64,000 nucleotides of DNA from NCBI GenBank assembly GCA_036172245.1, contig JAYWIR010000033.1, positions 1-64,000 on the forward strand, given 5' to 3'. The position numbers and the translations under genes are program-made. This stretch comes from Raillietiella orientalis. Lineage: Eukaryota. Positions within the stretch are counted from its first letter, which is position 1; each line of letters starts with the position of its first letter. The notes below the pieces were generated by a model. That model was not told where the DNA came from and searched no databases. It saw only the letters and a program-made list of their open reading frames with translations. Below, piece by piece: positions 54,927 to 64,000 of the stretch.

Positions 54927-54957
54927 TTGCCACCCGGGTACGCCCGGGGCGTTTATT
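54927..54957 (-). terminator. Element 3' terminus: AATAAA followed by GC hairpin (best-preserved example)
   Basis: Reverse complement reads AATAAACGCCCCGGGCGTACCCGGGTGGCAA; 6-bp stem; function inferred. Confidence 0.6.
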
Positions 54958-55131
54958 GATAAACTTTACATGCGTGGTACAAGGCCCCACCACGGCCGTA
55001 AACACAGGACCTGTCGGGACACCGGGACGCAGCCCGGCGTGGCACTCCCCGACAGAGAAGGGGGATGGGGATGAGACAAAAAGTAAAATAAAAAGAAACA
55101 AACAAAAAGAAGTTGGAGGGCAGGGAAGGGA

Positions 55132-58100
55132 TCACTGGTCGCTGTGGGGAGGGCCCATCCGTCGAACGAAGCCCTCGAGGTCAGCCTGCATATTCCCCAG
55201 TTGGGGCCATCCGGCAGCTCTTCGCAAGAAGCGTTTGGCATACGGGATGACATCCCTCGCCTGTGGACCCACTCCTTCGTTGTTGGCGTCGCTCCATGCC
55301 CCCACGATGCCACGGACGCAGCACAAGGCTGCGATGGCTGCGGCTGGCTGCAGTGCGTCCTTCACGAAGAGGGGCCGAAGAACGTCTCTGGGGGTGCTGC
55401 CTGTAGGGAGACCGAGGGTCGTCCCGAACCGTTCCCAAAGGGGTCGGAGGGCAGCACAATCCACAATAAGGTGGGGAAGCGACTCCCGCTCCCCGCACCT
55501 GGCACACGCAGGATCCACAGCTCCCCTCGTCCAGTGGAAGCGGCGCGCGTTGCAGGGTAGACCCCAGTGCAACAAAAGCAACGCCGACTCTTGCCACTTG
55601 AGGGGCAGGATCCTGGATTCCTTCATCACCGGGGGCCCCTTCAGCTCATCCCTGGGGATGGCGAGCAGCTCGCCCCATCTTAATAATCCTCGCGGCTGGA
55701 CGCTCGGGGTCGAGGCGTCGGCCAGTTCTCCTGTTGTCCAGCCGCTGATCAACTTCTCCCGTCCCTCGATGCAGCAGGAGACTTGCCACCTTGGCGTCCG
55801 GGTAATGTGAAGTGCCCTCCTTAGGAAGGGTAGCGCCGTAGCTAGGCAGGTCGTCTCTGCCCACGTGCATCTTGCTGAACTCTCCAAGAGATTCCGCAGC
55901 GTGCAGCGGGCGTAGGGGCTGCATCGGAGACGATTCCACGTTTCGTGGCTTCTCTGGTTGACTACTGCCCACGTTCCAATATTCTCCTCCAGCCAGGCGG
56001 GGGAGTTGGCGGGGCAGCAAACCATCCAGCTGTTCTCCTTGGCCAATGTTGCCATGCGCCCGAGCAGTGGGCCGCATCTTCGCATCTTCCGGCCACGGCT
56101 CAGAAGAAAAGACGCGAGTCCATCGCACCGGGACACACGGCTGGCCAGGAGGCGGGCCGGAGTGCACCAAGGGGTGCTCCACATCTTCGCTGCGATGGCG
56201 AGGGTTCGCCACCGCAGCTGCTTTTCCACGCGCTCCAGCGTCAGGAGGCCAAGACCGCCGTCCCGACACGGAGCGCACAAGTCCTTCAGTGGGACTCGGG
56301 GCCTCCCCTTGCCCCAAAGGGCGATACGGAGGAGGTCCTTCGTCCTCTTCTTGGATTCCACGGTGGGGGGGCAAACAAAAAGCAAGGGGCGGAGGATGGG
56401 GCCGCGAAGGCGTTCCAAACCGCGGCCCGTTCCGGCAAGTGAAACTTGCCTTCCAGGAACGGGCCGATCGCCGTCTCGACTTTTTGGAGGCAGCTGGACC
56501 ACGCTTCCGCAGGGGAGTAGTCCCCCAACGGCACACCAAGGTACTTGAAGCACCTCGCCGTGGGGATCCCCAGACGGACTCAGTCCTGCTGCCCTGCCCA
56601 CGCCGCACCTATTGGCACAACCGACGACTTCGCCCTGTTAACCTGCAGTCCGGTCCCGCGGCTGAGCAGATCGAAGAAGTCTCCGACCGCCTTTGCCGGG
56701 GTGGACATTGGCAACAAAAGCAGAAGATCGTCGGCGTACGCTGCTACGGCGGGCGTGCCGGGGCACGAGCTCGGCAATGGGGCCAAAGTCACCCTGTACG
56801 CTCTAAGCACCAACTCAAAGTAGGTGCTGAAGAGCAGGGGGCTGAGGCTATCTCCCTGCCTTATGCCCCGCCGCACCGGCACGCCATACACCTTTTGACC
56901 GCTGAAAGAGACGGTAATTATCGCATTCCGCCAGCAAGAGCGCAGGTAGGAAATCAGGGAGGGTGGAAAGCCCATGCGACACAGGAGCTCCAAGAGAAGT
57001 TCCTGGTCTACACAGTCGAACGCCTTGTGGAGATCGACTGCGAGCGCTAGGGCCCCCTTCCCCGCCCGGGGGTCCCTTCCCAGCCCGGCTGGCGGCCTTA
57101 ATGTGGGGTTGCCGACTTTCCCTATCCCTTTCTTCTCTCTTCTCTGCAGGTGCACCCACGTGCTTGCGAAGAAGAGGTTGGCATCCATACTTCGCCCGGG
57201 AACAGCATAAGTCTGCTCCGGGCTAATTACGGATTCTGCCACCTGCCCCAGACGCGAAACCCATAGTTCTGCTATCAACTTGGCGTCCGTATTCACGATC
57301 GTGATCGGACGCCAGTTCTTTAAATCCCTGAGGTCTCCTCCTTTCGGCAGGAGCCTCACTCTGGCTGACCGAAACGAGGCGGGAACATCGCCTTCGTCTC
57401 GGATCAGCCTGATCAACTTAAGCAGCAGGGGTGCCAGCTCTTCCGCGAAGCTCTGAAAGAACTCCGCGGGCAAGGCGTCTTCCCCTGGAGCTTTACGCCT
57501 CTTGAGCCTTTTGATACCGGCGAGAATTTCGCCGGTGGTAAAAGGCTCGTCGAGGCTTTCCATCTCCTCCTCCCCTATTGCCGGGGCGCCATCCGGAAGC
57601 AAGCGCCGAGAGGCGTTTCGATCCGGGGGCTCCCTGGCGTAAAGGGAGGAATAGAAACTCCGCACGAGATGCCGTACCGCCGCCGGGGACGAACATTCCC
57701 GGCCCTGGTCGTCCAGCAAGCTGGCCGACCCGGATTGCCAGGCTTGGCGTTCGGCCCCGGCGCGGTACTCGGCCAGGCGACGGACATTAGGGGTTCTCTC
57801 GTACCTACGAGCCTGTAAATAGGCCCGATGGTTGCGAGCACCCTCGCCGAATCCGGGGGGCAGGCGATCCAAGGGGAACTGCTCACAGAACTCGCGGACC
57901 GATTCCTTAAAAAGGTCCCAGTCCTGGAGATTCCGGAGCGTGACACCTCTCAGGTATTCGCGAAGGTATTCCTTGGCACCTGAGAGTCGCGTCCAGTCCC
58001 CCGGCAGACGCCAATCCCTGGATGGCGGTCCCTTGTCACGAGGCCGCATCTCGAAATTTAACCGGGAATGGTCCGACAACGTCGACGCAACCCTCCCCCG

Positions 58101-58730
58101 TTTGCCGACCCGTGAACACAGGTCAGCGTCGAGGAAGACGTGTTCGATGCTGCGGACCATTCCCCTCTCACCCGCGAACAAGTTGCGCGCACGCATGGCG
58201 GCGCACAACTCGTTCATCGCGTTCTCTTGTGTTTCTGGCTCACCTGTTAGCAGACGGAGATTGAAATCTCCCGCTATCAGGTGAGCCTTCCGCACGTTCG
58301 TGTCCGCCAGCCAGTCGCGCTTCAGGGAATCCAGCAGCCTGGTATGGTCGCTGTATCCCTGTTTACCGCTGGGGGCGTACACATTCGTGACGATCAATTC
58401 GATCGAGTCGGACCAGCTGAGAATCAGCTGACCGACCCGACCGTCGTCATCGAAGCGCACGCCCTTCACGGCCGCGTCGATGGCCGGCTTCACGAAGAAC
58501 GCGACCCCGCAGGTGTTGCGGAGGCCGCACCGCCAATACAGCCGACCCCCTGCGATCGTCTCGATCTCCTGGGCGTCTGCCGCGGTGATCACGTGGATCT
58601 CCTGCAGCAGGGCCAGGTCGAGCTCACGCAGGGTGTCGGCCGTATCTCGCCTGTTACCGTCGTCGCGCAGTCCGTTGACGTTCCAACAGGCGGCGCGAAT
58701 CCGACGGCGACTGGCGAGCCCAGGTGTTAT
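55132..58730 (-). pseudogene. E ORF2: APE endonuclease and reverse transcriptase (about 1200 codons; one stop at 56580, one frameshift near 56400)
   Basis: CWNVNGL, LQEIH, NVYAP, AGDFN, SDH, KAPGED, WRPI, DLHKAFD, RQGDSLSP, YADD, KYLG, CARCGERESLPHLIVDC. Confidence 0.95.
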
Positions 58731-60481
58731 TCCTGGGAAGATGGCGATGCGGCGTCCGCCACCTGCTGGGGCGGGACGCTAGGCGGAGGAGGAGGGTCAG
58801 GCGCTGCGTGCACCTGGTCCCCCTCCTCCATGGGTAACGGCGCGTCGAGGGGGTCACCCTTGAGTGGGGTCGCGCCTACCTGTTGGCCCTCCTCCATGGG
58901 GGCGGGCTGTTCAGGCTCGGCGACTGCAGGGAGGACTTCGCCCCCCTGCTCACCCTCCTCCATGGGGCTCGCCGGCTCGACGGCTTCCGAGCGTGGGAGT
59001 TCCCCCTCCGGGACTCCCACGCCACCGCTACCTTCCTGCTTCTCCTCCTCGCTGGTGGAGGGGAGGCGCCTCCTGGGTTTCTGGGACTTGCGTCCCGACT
59101 TCCTGGGGGGTGCCTCCGAGGAGGAGGATGCACTTCCGGCCCCCAGGTCCGACGCACCTGTGGGGGCCTTTTTCGCGGGAGCCGGCCTTCGCACGGCCTT
59201 GCGTGAGGGGTTCTCACGCTCCGCCAGCGTGGCCGCGAGCTCCTCCGCCGCCTTTGCGAACGCGGCGTCCGCAGTGTCGACCGGCGCGTCGCGCGGCTCA
59301 CCCTCTGTGTAAACAGAGGGTTCGTCGTCGCGAACCTCGGGCGCGGCGGAAACGGCGAGGGAAGGCTCGTCGCCCCGGGTGGCAATCTCGGGAACGGCTA
59401 TGCGCTCCAGTGCTACCGTACACTCCCGCATGGTCTTAGAGCGCGGCCCAGGTTTTTTCGCCTTGCCGGCTGTCTTTTTTACCGCTTTTGCGGGTTCCGC
59501 GGGGGGCACCTTTTTCTCCTTCCTGGCCTTGACCAGCTGCCAGCCGTCTTGGACTCCCGCGTCTTCGGAGGGTTTTTCTTCCGACGCCTGTGTGGGAGGA
59601 ACAGGGGCTAGCGGCTGCTGCCGGGCAGTATCTCTTTTTGGTCTTTCGACCAGTTTACTGCGTTTTGCCTGTGCTTTTTTTGCAGCAGGCGGCACCGGAG
59701 TGGGGCGTTTAGGGCATACGCGGCGTACGTGGCCCTTCTCCCCGCATAAGTGGCACACAATGTTCGGGCACCGCTTGCGCAAGTGTCCTACTGCATTGCA
59801 GTAGCCACAAAAGCGGGGTTTCCCCACGTACCAGAGGTCTTCGACTTCGCCATTGACCTCTAGTTTGTGGGGAAGCCCACTCTCGTTCACCGTCACGCGC
59901 GCGGCGGCCTGCCCTCCGAAAAGGCTATCGTAGCCATCGAAGATTGTGGCCTTTGGCCGAAGCGCGTGAACATCCCCGTACTTTCTTAACTGATCACCAA
60001 CCGCAGACCGCGTCATGCGACTGGTGATCCCTGTCAGATGGACCACTACGGAGCGGTCCATCGTGACTGGTAGGATCTTGCGTCCGTCCACGTTCAGCGG
60101 GGTGGTTATCAAGCTTTGCGCCAAGGTGATGTCCTTGCAGACAACCTCAACGCGCTGACCCCCGCTTAGCACGGATAGACCGTCAAGGTCCTTTTCTAAC
60201 ACGTTGGCGTTCTGCAGCGCTTTCGAAAAAGCGCGTGCAGTTCGCCCGTCAAAGAGATTGCCTACCTGGTAAACCAAGCTGGGCTTGTACCCAGCTGCCC
60301 GGTAGGCCGCCATCTCGGCCATCGTTTCCGCGCTCGGCGCGGCCACCATGGCGCTCCAGCTCCTCGCCTTGAGCGGCGAGGGCGATTCCGGGGCGGACGC
60401 CCCTGATTCTGTAGGCTGTGGGGGTGGGCAAGCCTCCCCCACACCTACCTCCATCGTGGGGTCCTCAGGCATCGCTGCCAT
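58727..60481 (-). CDS. E ORF1: gag-like nucleic-acid-binding protein with two CCHC knuckles and an acidic/Pro-rich tail
   Basis: Uninterrupted frame; CGYCNAVGHLRKRC and CHLCGEKGHVRRVC; ATG at 60481 or 60472. Confidence 0.92.
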   Translation of the reverse strand: MAAMPEDPTMEVGVGEACPPPQPTESGASAPESPSPLKARSWSAMVAAPSAETMAEMAAYRAAGYKPSLVYQVGNLFDGRTARAFSKALQNANVLEKDLDGLSVLSGGQRVEVVCKDITLAQSLITTPLNVDGRKILPVTMDRSVVVHLTGITSRMTRSAVGDQLRKYGDVHALRPKATIFDGYDSLFGGQAAARVTVNESGLPHKLEVNGEVEDLWYVGKPRFCGYCNAVGHLRKRCPNIVCHLCGEKGHVRRVCPKRPTPVPPAAKKAQAKRSKLVERPKRDTARQQPLAPVPPTQASEEKPSEDAGVQDGWQLVKARKEKKVPPAEPAKAVKKTAGKAKKPGPRSKTMRECTVALERIAVPEIATRGDEPSLAVSAAPEVRDDEPSVYTEGEPRDAPVDTADAAFAKAAEELAATLAERENPSRKAVRRPAPAKKAPTGASDLGAGSASSSSEAPPRKSGRKSQKPRRRLPSTSEEEKQEGSGGVGVPEGELPRSEAVEPASPMEEGEQGGEVLPAVAEPEQPAPMEEGQQVGATPLKGDPLDAPLPMEEGDQVHAAPDPPPPPSVPPQQVADAASPSSQE

Positions 60482-60573
60482 CGGACACCAACGATGTTCC
60501 ACACTAAACAACACAACAAAAAACCGCTTCCTGTCGACTCACTCGGGAGCGAAGGAAACACACGTCCACTCGC

Positions 60574-63552
60574 CAAGGGTTTCGGCGGAGGGCTGAGGAA
60601 CGACCGGGCATACCACCACGCCCGTCTTTACTCTAGGACTCCCGACGATCGACGCCTGGCGGAGTATAAAGCTGGGGCTGAGCGACAGACCTGGCATTCC
60701 GGGTCGCCCAGCCTGCTGGACGCCCAAGGCCAAGCTCCGGCGAGAATAAACCGCATCCTGCGGGACTATTACTCCTCCTTGTACGCGCGTGGAACAACGG
60801 AGCGCGCCGTGGCGCAGCGCTTGCTGCCGCAAGGCGCCCCCGCGCTGCAGGAGGAGCAGGCACATGAACTCACGGAGCCTTTCTCGATGGCGGAGACTGT
60901 CTCCGCCATCGGAAAGCACCGAAAGAGAAAAGCACCAGGGGAAGACGGTCTGCCAGCGAAGTTCTACCAAGGCTTCGTGGCGGAGCTGGCCCCCCTGGTG
61001 CATCGGCTATGCATGCTGATCCGAGAACAAGGGGACGTCCCAAAATCGTTCCGGTCAGCTAGAGTACGTCTCCTGCCGAAAGGAGGAGACAATCGCAACG
61101 TAGGCAACTGGCGTCCCATCACAGTAGTGAATGCGGATGCGAAGTTGCTTGCCAAGCTTTGCGCTGAGCGACTGAAACGGGTGGCGGAATCCGTGGTGAG
61201 TCCGGAGCAGACATACGCTGTTCCCGGACGAAGCATGGAGGCCAACCTGTTCCTTGCCAGTACATGGTGGCAGTTGCAACAAAGCGAAGACCAGGGAAAT
61301 CAAGAGAATCCTGGATTCTCCTCTGACCAGGGAGGGGACGCCCTTCATGGAAGAGCCGCGCCCGGTGCCCTTGCGGTCGCAGTCGATCTGCGTAAAGCGT
61401 TCGATTGCGTCGACCAGGAACTGCTTCTGGAGCTCCTGGAACGCTTGGGATTCCCGGCCGTCTTCCGGGCTTACCTGCGCTCCTGCTGGCGCTTCGCTCT
61501 AATCAACATCTCTTTTAGCGGCCGGCACGTTTTCGGCGTGCCGGTTTGGCGTGGCATAAGGCAGGGTGACAGTCTGAGCCCCTTGCTCTTCAGCATCTAC
61601 TTGGAGCTGGTGCTGAGGGCATACAGGGAGACTCTGGCAACCCTGCCAAGCTCGTGTGCCGGCACGCCTGCCGTGTCGGCCTACGCCGACGACCTTCTGC
61701 TCCTGCTCCCCGGGTCCACCCCGGCGTCGGCGCTCGAAGATTTCTTTGAGTTGCTGCGCCGCGGGACGGGCCTCGAGGTGAACAGAGAGAAATGTTCCAT
61801 CGTTACAACATCACCACAACTATTCAACCATGCGGCGTGGGCCGGACGGCCGGACTGGATCCGCTTGGGGATCCCCACGGGCAGGTGCTTGAAGTACATT
61901 GGCGTTCCGTTGGGGGACTTCTGCGTTGCAGAAGCCTGGTCCGACCGTCTCCAAAAGGTGGAGTTGGCGATCGGCCCGTTCCGGAACAGCAAGTTTTACT
62001 TGCAGGAGCGGGCCGCGGTGTGGAACGCGTTCGCGGCCCCCCTCCTTCGCCCCTTACTTTTTGTTTGCCCCGCCCCTCCCATCATACAGAGACGGACCAA
62101 AGCCCTCTTGAGGACTGCCCTTTGGGGCACAGCGAGGTCGCGAGTCCGATTGAAAGACTTGTGCGCTCCACGCAGGTATGGTGGCTTGGGCCTCCTTACG
62201 TTGGAGCGCATCCAACTTCAAACAAGAATTCGAAAGTTAGCCCTTGCGGCTAGCTTATGGATGACGCCATTGTGCGATCCGGCACGGCTCCTCTCCAGAA
62301 GAGCGACCGGCTGCGAAGGATTGTCCTCGATCCTCGTGGCCTACCAGCGCAGCCTCTCCAACTGTGGCTTGGATTTGCGCCAGATGGTCGCCCTGATGAG
62401 GGAGAATACCTGGATCTCCTGCATCCCCGCGAACTGCACTGCCTGGCTTCAGGAGTCAGCTTCCGCGTGGGCTAAGATCAACGGAACGAGCGAGGCGGAA
62501 TACAACTGCCTACGACGAGGACCGTACGCTCGACAGCCGCTGCAGGATATTATCAACACGCCCCGGAAGTTTCTGTGGGCTTCTTTCAGCCCCCTTGCCC
62601 CGTTCTGTCCTCCCTGAAAAACAGTAGGAGCAGCAACGAGCTGGCATCGTGGGAAGTGTCCTGCCTCATCCGAGGCAGGAAAAAACCTTTAATGGCGTGG
62701 ACGACTCGTGAGCTCACTAACGCTGCCACTCCGAGCGTCCCGCCTCACGGACTTGCGCGCTGGGGAGAGCTGCTCGCAATACCTCCGGAGGAGGTGAAGT
62801 GGCCCCCAGCGTGTTGGGATTGCGCCACACTCCCGTTGAAGTGGCAGGAGACGGCGTTGCTATTTCTGCACTGGGGACTGTTAAGCAGAGCACGCCTGTC
62901 TCACTGGACACTGGGAAATGTGGATGCCCGTTGTGTCGAGTGCGGAGAAAGAGAAACCTTCCCGCATCTCACCCTCGAGTGTGTCGCTCTGGATGGACTC
63001 TGGATTCGAATCTCCCCAATCCTCCATCTTCCAGTAGGCGACCCTAAGGAAATTTACCGTCGCCTCTTTCTGCGTGACGGCCTGCGCCCCGCCGCGTCTC
63101 CTGCAGTCCTCTGCTGCGTGCGCGGCATTGTGCAAAGGTGGCACGCCAGAAGAAGAGGCCCAAGATGCAGGGACGCCATCCACTGGACGACGATCTCTTT
63201 AGAGACGGCGACAAGGTGGCGTCTACCTTTCACAATAAAAACAGAACTTGACTGCATCCTGAACAGGATGCGGAGGACCGACCCAGGCGCTCAGTGATCC
63301 CTTCCCGGCCCCCCCCCTCTCCCCATACAACTGTTTCCCTCCCCGTTATCTCTCTTTTTGTTTGTTTTTGTACTAGTTTTCCCTTCCTATGCACCTCGGG
63401 AATGGACCTAACCGGTCTATGCACCGGCAACAGACACGTCAACCAAGGTGGGAAAACCAAGTGTTTCCCACAATTAATTTTTGAAAGACTTTATTATGTA
63501 ATTTTTGTAAAAAATTAGAATAATAAATGCCCCGGCATATCCGGGTGGCAAA
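60574..63552 (+). mobile_element. LINE lineage D, 3' half (linker, RT, C-terminus, 3' end)
   Basis: Resumes GFGGGLRNDRAY; RQGDSLSP, YADD; one frameshift near 62600; stop at 63297; AATAAA at 63522 plus CCCGG-catat-CCGGG. Confidence 0.95.
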
Positions 63553-64000
63553 CTTCGGCTGCAGCCGATCATTCCTGGCCAGCGTCATCGAGCAGACAAG
63601 CCGCTACAGACTGCCAAACCTGGCGCTCGTCCCTTGCCTTATACTCCGCCAGACGCCGGACGTCCGGGCATCGTGAAAAGGTATGCGCCTGCAGATACGA
63701 TCTGCTGTTCGCGACACCCTTCCCCAAGCCGCGGGGAAGCAGGTGCAAGGGGAACCGGCAGCAGAACTCGCGGACCGATCTTTTCAGATCGTCCCAGTCC
63801 TCGAGTTCACAGATGGCGAAGCCCCGGAGGTGTTGGCGGAGATGCTCCGCCGCCTCCGATTTGCAAAGCCAGTCGGCCGGCAACCTCCAGACATTCATAG
63901 GAGGCCCTTTGCCAGGCTGGAGGAGCTCGAACTCCAGTCTAGGAAGATCCGAAATCGCGGACAGCAGATGCCCTCTCCAACCTACTCGTGAGAGCAGGTG
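63553..64000 (-). mobile_element. LINE lineage G, end of 5' half (APE C-terminal part and linker); continues beyond the window
   Basis: WRLPADW, FPLHLLPRGLG, LLDDAGQE*SAAAEV. Confidence 0.9.

Larger units (their letters stand above)
54927..60573 (-). mobile_element. Full-length (about 5.65 kb) L1/Tx1-like LINE, element E
   Basis: 5' motif, intact ORF1, near-intact ORF2, 3' UTR, AATAAA plus CCCGGG/CCCGGG hairpin; GGTTTCGGCG present on both flanks. Confidence 0.96.

Noticed and set aside
54927..54957. Terminal hairpin motif as a duplicated host target (tRNA, snRNA or rRNA piece)
   Set aside because: It appears only at 3' ends, never at 5' ends, varies with lineage, and I could not match it to an RNA gene I know.
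54851..56582. Alternative genetic code (TGA = Trp)
   Set aside because: Trp positions are also hit by TAG and TAA in decayed copies, and TGA is the conserved ORF2 stop.
53546..59312. Long antisense or alternate-frame ORFs (for example 53546..54703, 56046..57050, 58281..59312)
   Set aside because: Shadows of GC-rich LINE coding sequence with no independent motifs.
60494..60573. ATG 60494 as a genuine start of a 707-aa RT protein
   Set aside because: The N-terminus is the antisense of E's 5' UTR fused by chance to the resumed D ORF2; the same applies to ORF 51568..52776.
1..64000. Bacterial RT systems (group II intron, retron, DGR) or LTR/DIRS elements
   Set aside because: APE plus RT plus CCHC with a knuckle ORF1 is the non-LTR layout; no LTR, integrase, tyrosine recombinase or RNase H was seen.

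Overview
Eukaryotic-looking 64 kb window dominated by L1/Tx1-type non-LTR retrotransposons. ORF1 has two CCHC zinc knuckles; ORF2 has an APE endonuclease, an RT with RQGDSLSP/YADD and a C-terminal CX2CX7HX4C. Two dense GC-rich clusters (about 1-21.5 kb and 33-64 kb) flank an AT-richer, largely unassignable middle. The clusters form a Russian-doll nest. Nearly every readable element sits antisense inside the coding region of another element, at a small set of recurring codon positions that appear lineage-specific. The cleanest case is full-length element E (54927-60573, -) inside D (52585-63552, +) inside G (49883 to beyond 64000, -) inside C (+) inside Cx (-) inside an APE-bearing element (+). 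The elements have no poly(A) tail and end in AATAAA plus a GC hairpin. They share a 5' GYGGAYG motif and a GTGATCCCTTCCC stop-context motif, and D and E have an AUG-less ORF2 whose first AUA overlaps the ORF1 UAA stop. Labels A, B, C, Cx, D, E, G and H are mine. Boundaries and identities were judged by eye, without alignment tools.
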